Below the pieces are notes generated by a model, which saw only the letters and a program-made list of their open reading frames with translations, searched no databases and was not told the DNA's origin. 64,000 bases of DNA, from contig JAZRHI010000015.1 of NCBI GenBank assembly GCA_045644685.1, positions 76,095 to 140,094 of the forward strand. Reading direction: 5' to 3'. Origin of the DNA: Candidatus Onthomorpha sp. (GTDB taxonomy: Bacteria > Bacteroidota > Bacteroidia > Bacteroidales > P3). Position 1 is the first letter of the stretch, and the number at the start of each line of letters is the position of its first letter. Of this stretch, positions 58,577-64,000 are shown in pieces. The translations under genes and the position numbers were made by a program.

Positions 58577-58660
58577 ATTTTTCTCTAAGAAATAATCCAT
58601 TTTCTCTTAGGAATATTTTTCTAATCCTTAGCTTTATTAAATTATTCCTTAGACTTATTT
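58577..58660. repeat. 21-nt-phased CTWAG mini-array I (4 units)
   Basis: CTAAG 58585-58589, then CTTAG at 58606-58610, 58627-58631 and 58648-58652. Starts 10 nt after terminator 58538-58567 and ends at the stop codon of the convergent arginase-fold gene. Confidence 0.9.
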
Positions 58661-59826
58661 TATATATTCAATTTATTATAAGCTATAAGCCATCTATCGG
58701 GAATGTGGTTCTCCATTGTGGCTTTGTAATCGTCGTAAGTGCATGGTACAAGGTAGTGTCTAATGTATTTTTGTTGCATTTCCATATTGCATTGCACCTG
58801 CATCCACCAGCGTTCGCTTTTCTTGCTTTTGTAAAATACTATTGTGTCTTCGTTTTCTAATATTACGTTGAAGCGATAGTAGTTGTTTATGTCTTTATAT
58901 GGGAAGTCATTTTTTCTCCATAGGTATCCGTCAATAAAATACCAAAGGGCATGAGATATTATCTTTGCAGTGCGATTGTCAATGTCCTTTCCAGCGTCGT
59001 AATTGAATATTCCAATAGAGGAGAGTTTGTCGCTCATTCCAGCAAAGTTTAGAAGCTTACAGAATTCTTCCCCATATAATCCGTGAGGAGAGTTACTGCA
59101 TGGAGCATCACTTGCTCTTATTGAGTTTATATCGGCAATAAGCATATCGCAATTTCGGATTAGTGGTTCTGCATTTTCAATATGTTTTTGAATTTCACCT
59201 AATCGATATGCTTCAAATCGTATATCTTGCAATAGTTTTAAGACTTTGCTTTCTACAAAATAGGACTGATATGCTATATGTGTGTAATTGAATAGGTAAT
59301 TAGGGTCGCTACAAAATATATGAGGTAAGAAATTGTCGTTTTTAGCATCTTTATCTAAGTCTTTTATGTCTATTCGAGAGTCTATATTGAGTATATTTAT
59401 TATTTGTCCTATTGATTCATAGCCTTTGTAGATTCCTATTGCATTATCATTGCTTCCGCCTATTACAATAGGGATTATTTGGTTTTGAAGCAAGAAAGAA
59501 CAAACTTCTCCTAAGGCAAAGTAAGTGTCTTTAAGAGTTTGTCCTGATTTTAAGTTACCTAAGTCTATTATTTTTAAAGTATTGTTATGTTGTTTTAACT
59601 GATAGAATTCTTGTCTTATATTGTCTGCTGCAATAGTGCAAGTTTTTTGATTATCTCCTCTGCATTCACTAAGTCCTATTATAGCCATATTTGCTTTAAG
59701 GTCAGCACTGCTGATATTATTCATAGTGCTATTGCAAAGAATGTTATCGCTCAAAGTTCCTTCCTCGTTATTGAGAAGTTTTAACTTTTCTATATCTACT
59801 TTTTCGAATAAATCTAATATTTCCAT
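58660..59826 (-). CDS. Arginase/formiminoglutamase-fold protein with C-terminal extension (metal ligands apparently substituted)
   Basis: 388 aa. Ureohydrolase-like motif order is VIGGSNDNAIG / NIDSRIDI / ADINSIRASDAP, against the canonical GGDH / DxHxD / DxDxxDP. TAATG overlap with murA. Confidence 0.6.
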   Translation of the reverse strand: MEILDLFEKVDIEKLKLLNNEEGTLSDNILCNSTMNNISSADLKANMAIIGLSECRGDNQKTCTIAADNIRQEFYQLKQHNNTLKIIDLGNLKSGQTLKDTYFALGEVCSFLLQNQIIPIVIGGSNDNAIGIYKGYESIGQIINILNIDSRIDIKDLDKDAKNDNFLPHIFCSDPNYLFNYTHIAYQSYFVESKVLKLLQDIRFEAYRLGEIQKHIENAEPLIRNCDMLIADINSIRASDAPCSNSPHGLYGEEFCKLLNFAGMSDKLSSIGIFNYDAGKDIDNRTAKIISHALWYFIDGYLWRKNDFPYKDINNYYRFNVILENEDTIVFYKSKKSERWWMQVQCNMEMQQKYIRHYLVPCTYDDYKATMENHIPDRWLIAYNKLNI

Positions 59827-61130
59827 TATAATCTTCTTATTCTTGCTCCTAAGTTATTTAATCTTATGTCTATGTCTTGGTATCCTCTGTCTATTTGTTC
59901 AATATTGTCAATTATGCTTGTTCCTTCTGCTGATAAGGCTGCTATCAATAAAGCTACGCCTGCTCTAATGTCAGGGCTTGCCATTCTAACTCCTTTTAAA
60001 GGATATTTTCGTTCAGAACCGATAACTGTGGCACGATGTGGGTCGCAAAGAATGATTTGCGCACCCATGTCTATTAGTTTGTCTACAAAGAATAGGCGAC
60101 TTTCAAACATTTTTTGATGTATCAAAACACTACCCTTTGCTTGTGTTGCAACTACTAATGCAATACTTATAAGGTCAGGAGTAAATCCAGGCCAAGGGGC
60201 ATCGGATATTGTCATAATTGAGCCATCCATGAATTTATCTACTTCATATATCTCTTGCTTAGGAATAAATATGTCGTCGCCTTTTTTTTCTAATTGAATA
60301 CCTAATCGTTTGAATACTTCTGGTATTAAACCCAAGTGTTGATATTCAACATCCTTTATTGTAATAGAAGATTGTGTCATTGCTGCCATTCCAATGAAGC
60401 TTCCTACTTCTATCATGTCAGGAAGTAATTTGTGAGTACAGCCTTTTAGAGAATCAACTCCTTCAATGGTTAATAGATTAGAGCCTAATCCTTGAATTTT
60501 TGCTCCCATTGCATTCAGCATTTTACATAGTTGCAACAAGTAAGGCTCGCATGCAGCATTGAAAATAGTGGTTGTTCCTTTCGCCATGCAGGCCGCCATA
60601 ACTATATTTGCAGTTCCTGTTACCGATGCTTCATCCAACAACATATAACAGCCTGTTAGTTTATCGCCTTTTACATGATAGGCTTTTGTTGTTGAGTCAT
60701 AGTGAAAGTCTGCTCCTAATTTCTCAAATCCGGTGAAGTGAGTGTCTAATCTTCTTCGTCCTATTTTATCTCCACCTGGGGTAGGGATATAAGCTTCTTT
60801 AAATCGAGCTAAAAGGGGGCCCACAAGCATTATAGAACCTCTTAGAGATGACGCTATTTGTGAGTATCTCTCTGTGTAAATACGGCTTATATCTACTCTG
60901 TTTGCTTGAAAACTATAAGATTCTTTGCCTAATTTATTTACCTTTACACCAAGATATTCTAATAATTCTATAAGTTTGTTTACATCTCTAATGTTTGGAA
61001 CATTGTTTATAGTGATTTCTTCATCGCTTAATAAGGTCGCACAAATTACTTGTAAGGCTTCATTCTTTGCACCTTGTGGAACAATTTCTCCGCTTAAAGG
61101 TTGTCCACCTATTATTTCAAAAGAGCTCAT
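59826..61130 (-). CDS. murA: UDP-N-acetylglucosamine 1-carboxyvinyltransferase (Asp in place of the fosfomycin-target Cys)
   Basis: 434 aa, canonical MurA. The active-site loop reads PGGDKIGRRRLDTH where E. coli has [14 protein letters not shown]. Confidence 0.95.
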   Translation of the reverse strand: MSSFEIIGGQPLSGEIVPQGAKNEALQVICATLLSDEEITINNVPNIRDVNKLIELLEYLGVKVNKLGKESYSFQANRVDISRIYTERYSQIASSLRGSIMLVGPLLARFKEAYIPTPGGDKIGRRRLDTHFTGFEKLGADFHYDSTTKAYHVKGDKLTGCYMLLDEASVTGTANIVMAACMAKGTTTIFNAACEPYLLQLCKMLNAMGAKIQGLGSNLLTIEGVDSLKGCTHKLLPDMIEVGSFIGMAAMTQSSITIKDVEYQHLGLIPEVFKRLGIQLEKKGDDIFIPKQEIYEVDKFMDGSIMTISDAPWPGFTPDLISIALVVATQAKGSVLIHQKMFESRLFFVDKLIDMGAQIILCDPHRATVIGSERKYPLKGVRMASPDIRAGVALLIAALSAEGTSIIDNIEQIDRGYQDIDIRLNNLGARIRRL

Positions 61131-61142
61131 ATTATATTGGGT

Positions 61143-61781
61143 TTAATTTTTCTTTTGGTGTTTGTTTTTATGATTGTTGTTTTGTTTTTGTTTCTGATTG
61201 TTTTTCTTTTTCTGATTATTTAAGTTGTTTGCAAGTAGTTTTTTAGTGCTGTGTAGCTTAAAGTCTTCTTGTAGTTTTAATTGTCCATGAGAGAGATCTT
61301 CAAAGTGTTGTAATATCATTGCATCATCACAACTATTGATATTCCATTGTAGGTAAGATTTTTTTAATTGCTGAGCAATCATTTCTATCAACACTTGTTT
61401 TTCTTCTCCGTCTTCCATTTCTATGACCTTGTCTATCATATTTTCTATATTTTTGCCGTATGGACGAAATCTTATTTTAGAATTTTTATATTCTACTTTA
61501 TCTGGTTTCGCAATTTGGTCCTCTGGCTTTGGAATTGGATAAGGACAATCTACGTCTAACTTATATCCCGCCATTATATGTAAGTGGTCCCATAGTTTGT
61601 GTTTGTAATCTGCAATTTCTTTGCTGTTAGGGTTTATTTGAGACATGGTTGTAATTATGATTTGTGCAAAGGCTGTTCGTTTTTCTCTGTCTTCTATTTC
61701 CAAAGCATAATCTACCATTTTTTGAATGTTACGACCATATTCAGGTATCTCTAATTTCTTGCGGTCAATGTTATATTCCAT
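61143..61781 (-). CDS. DUF4290-family protein
   Basis: 212 aa. N-terminus LEIPEYGRNIQKMVDYALEIEDREKR... and its position upstream of murA are typical of Bacteroidota DUF4290. K/N/Q-rich tail. Confidence 0.7.
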   Translation of the reverse strand: MEYNIDRKKLEIPEYGRNIQKMVDYALEIEDREKRTAFAQIIITTMSQINPNSKEIADYKHKLWDHLHIMAGYKLDVDCPYPIPKPEDQIAKPDKVEYKNSKIRFRPYGKNIENMIDKVIEMEDGEEKQVLIEMIAQQLKKSYLQWNINSCDDAMILQHFEDLSHGQLKLQEDFKLHSTKKLLANNLNNQKKKNNQKQKQNNNHKNKHQKKN

Positions 61782-64000
61782 TATTTTTCTATTTGTTTCA
61801 ATTTAGCAAACTTCAAAACGAGCACTTTGGTTCCTTCACTTACAAAATCCACAGTGGCTCTTTTATCATCATGTTCGTTGTCAATGTTTATCACAATGCC
61901 TTTTCCAAATTTGTCATGAAAGACTTCCATTCCTGTTTGTAAGTCTGCTGGATTTATTAGTTTAGCATTGCTTGCTATTTCGCTCGTTTGTCTTGTTATT
62001 ACGTTGTTTTTTAAACTTGTTATAGGTAATTTCTTCTTTTCTTTTTTTACAAAACTTGGATAAGAAGAAGAGGTCTCTTTCGGAGGGTATAGATTAGAGA
62101 ATGATTTCTTAGGAGCAAGTCCACAATCAATGTATTTAGAATCTATTTCGTTTATAAAACGACTTTTTTCTGAGAATATAATTTGTCCATATTTATATCT
62201 CATCGCTGCGGCTGTAAGGGTTAGAGTCTTTTTAGCACGAGTCATCGCGACATAGAATAGACGGCGTTCTTCCTCTGTTTCTTTTTTAGATGTTAATGAT
62301 AGGGTGGAAGGGAAAAGGTTTTCTTCCATTCCAACTATAAACACATTATCGAATTCCAATCCTTTGGAAGAGTGAATTGTCATTAAGCTTACACAATTTT
62401 TTTCATCTTCTAAATTGTCCGTGTCGCTGAATAGACTGATTTGTTGTAAGAAAATATCTAATGTCTTTTCGTTTGTAGAAATTTCTTCTCCTGTTGTTTC
62501 GTTTAAAATGCTTTCTTCTTCGTTTTCTATAAAGGATTGAAGACTATTTACTAACTCATCTATATTGTTAATGCGGTCAATATTTTCAGCAGTGTTTTCT
62601 TCTTTTAAAGTTTCTTTAATTCTGCAAGTGCGAACTATTTCTTCTCCTAATTCAAATGCGTTTTTATTGTAAATATTTGCTGTAAAGGCTTTGATGTAAT
62701 CACAAAAGGCTAATAGTTTACTTTGAGTTGCGGAATTGATATTATAGTTCTTTAAATCAACTCTATAAATTGTGTCGAAAAGTGATAAGTTGTTTTCAGC
62801 AGATGCTATTTTTAATCGACTAATAGTAGTTTGTCCAATTCCTCTTGCAGGGTAATTAACTATTCTTTCAAAAGCTTCGTTGTCTTGATTATTGACTACT
62901 AATTTGAAATAAGCTAATACATTTTTTATTTCTTGTCTTGAATAGAACGACATACCTGATACAACTATATAAGGTATGTTTTTTAGTCTTAAAGCATCTT
63001 CAAAGGCTCTTGATTGTGAGTTTGTACGATATAGAATAGCGAATTTATTATAGTTCTTTTCTCCTTCTAATGATATTCTTTCTCTTATTTTATTGCAAAC
63101 ATATTCTGCTTCCTCTCTGTCGCTATTTAATGATTTGAAAACTATCTTTTCCCCTTCTGGATTTTCGGTCCAAATAGTTTTTTTAATCTGTTCTACATTT
63201 TTATCTATAACAGAGTTTGCTGCATTTACAATATTTGCTGCTGAACGATAATTTTGTTCTAATTTAAAGGTATATGTATCGGTGTAGTCTTTCTTGAAAT
63301 TTAATATGTTTTGAATATTAGCTCCTCGAAAGGCATAAATGCTTTGTGCATCATCGCCTACTACACATATATTTTTGTGTTTTTTTGCTAAAATTTTAAT
63401 TACAGTGTATTGAGCATGATTTGTGTCTTGGTACTCATCAACCATAATATATTTAAAGCGATTTTGATATTTTTCTGCTATGTCAGGAAATAAGGATAGT
63501 AAGGTGTAGGTATTGAAAATTAAGTCATCAAAATCCATTGCCATATTTTTTCTTAGTCGGCAAGTGTATTCATGATATATTCTACCAATTTCTGGTTTTC
63601 CAGCAACGGTATCTTCTGTGAGAAGTATGTTGTCTTCTATGTATTCTTGTGAAGAAATAAGGTTGTTCTTTGATTTAGATATTCTGTCTAATACATAGGA
63701 AGTGTTATATACCTTGTCGTCTAATCCAAATTCCTTTACAATGTTTTTTATCAATGATTTGCTATCAGAAGTGTCGTAAATAGAGAAATTCTTTATATAA
63801 CCTAATCTTTCGCATTCTGTTCTTAGTATCTTTAAAAACACAGAATGGAAAGTGCCTATCATCATTCCTTTTGAGATATTCCCAATAAGGCTTGTGATCC
63901 GTTCTTCCATTTCTTTTGCGGCTTTATTTGTGAAGGTTAAAGCCATAATAGAATATGGTGAGGCTCCTTGTGATAATAGGTTTGCTAATCTATAAGTTAG
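61781..64000 (-). CDS. uvrD: UvrD/PcrA/Rep-type ATP-dependent DNA helicase, N-terminus beyond window edge
   Basis: The reading frame continues upstream of the track Met to base 64000 (...LTYRLANLLSQGASPYSIMALTFTNKAAKEM = helicase motif Ia region). DEYQDT (motif II) and later UvrD motifs are present. Confidence 0.9.
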   Translation of the reverse strand, partial: LTYRLANLLSQGASPYSIMALTFTNKAAKEMEERITSLIGNISKGMMIGTFHSVFLKILRTECERLGYIKNFSIYDTSDSKSLIKNIVKEFGLDDKVYNTSYVLDRISKSKNNLISSQEYIEDNILLTEDTVAGKPEIGRIYHEYTCRLRKNMAMDFDDLIFNTYTLLSLFPDIAEKYQNRFKYIMVDEYQDTNHAQYTVIKILAKKHKNICVVGDDAQSIYAFRGANIQNILNFKKDYTDTYTFKLEQNYRSAANIVNAANSVIDKNVEQIKKTIWTENPEGEKIVFKSLNSDREEAEYVCNKIRERISLEGEKNYNKFAILYRTNSQSRAFEDALRLKNIPYIVVSGMSFYSRQEIKNVLAYFKLVVNNQDNEAFERIVNYPARGIGQTTISRLKIASAENNLSLFDTIYRVDLKNYNINSATQSKLLAFCDYIKAFTANIYNKNAFELGEEIVRTCRIKETLKEENTAENIDRINNIDELVNSLQSFIENEEESILNETTGEEISTNEKTLDIFLQQISLFSDTDNLEDEKNCVSLMTIHSSKGLEFDNVFIVGMEENLFPSTLSLTSKKETEEERRLFYVAMTRAKKTLTLTAAAMRYKYGQIIFSEKSRFINEIDSKYIDCGLAPKKSFSNLYPPKETSSSYPSFVKKEKKKLPITSLKNNVITRQTSEIASNAKLINPADLQTGMEVFHDKFGKGIVINIDNEHDDKRATVDFVSEGTKVLVLKFAKLKQIEK

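Noticed and set aside
58546-58860. 104-aa plus-strand ORF across array I and into the arginase-fold gene
   Set aside because: It starts inside the terminator, runs through the array, and is antisense to a well-supported gene.

Overview
AT-rich (about one-third G+C by eye) chromosomal segment with Bacteroidota hallmarks: TAnnTTTG -7 promoter boxes, almost no Shine-Dalgarno sites, long-form YidC, S16 with a charged tail, a separate atpDC pair, rpsU-xer-hpf and DUF4290-murA synteny, and a T9SS-like C-terminal domain. I call 52 protein genes. Most are housekeeping: ribosomal proteins S16/L28/S21, RimM, YidC, AtpD/AtpC, GuaA, RibE, HflX, enolase, MurA, a UvrD-type helicase, HPF and RlmB. There is also an envelope glycosylation cluster (GT2, GT4, FtsE-like, WecA/MraY-like), a surface-protein cluster (LysM-PBP, a 905-aa secreted protein, an OmpA/PD40 protein), and anaerobe-type central metabolism (single-chain B12 methylmalonyl-CoA mutase, methionine gamma-lyase-like enzyme, and a 1154-aa protein that may be a PPi-type PEPCK). 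A small accessory islet carries a Bro-N/Fic fusion, orphan RtcB and an AbrB-acyltransferase pair. I saw no rRNA, tRNA, CRISPR, transposase or prophage. The main unexplained signal is a dispersed family of mini-arrays at ten or more loci. In each, the pseudo-palindromic pentamer CTWAG (usually YCTWAGG) recurs 3-6 times at exactly 21-nt centre-to-centre spacing inside A/T tracts; the unit is roughly AAWTATTTCTTAGGTTTAGAA. The arrays sit beside intrinsic terminators, between divergent -7 boxes, and in three cases run in frame into coding sequence. Units can be flipped without losing register, and two loci share an identical 34-mer. Nothing in the window (no RAYT, transposase or cas gene) explains them. 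The ORF track uses TTG starts in several places, and I corrected those to the first plausible ATG.
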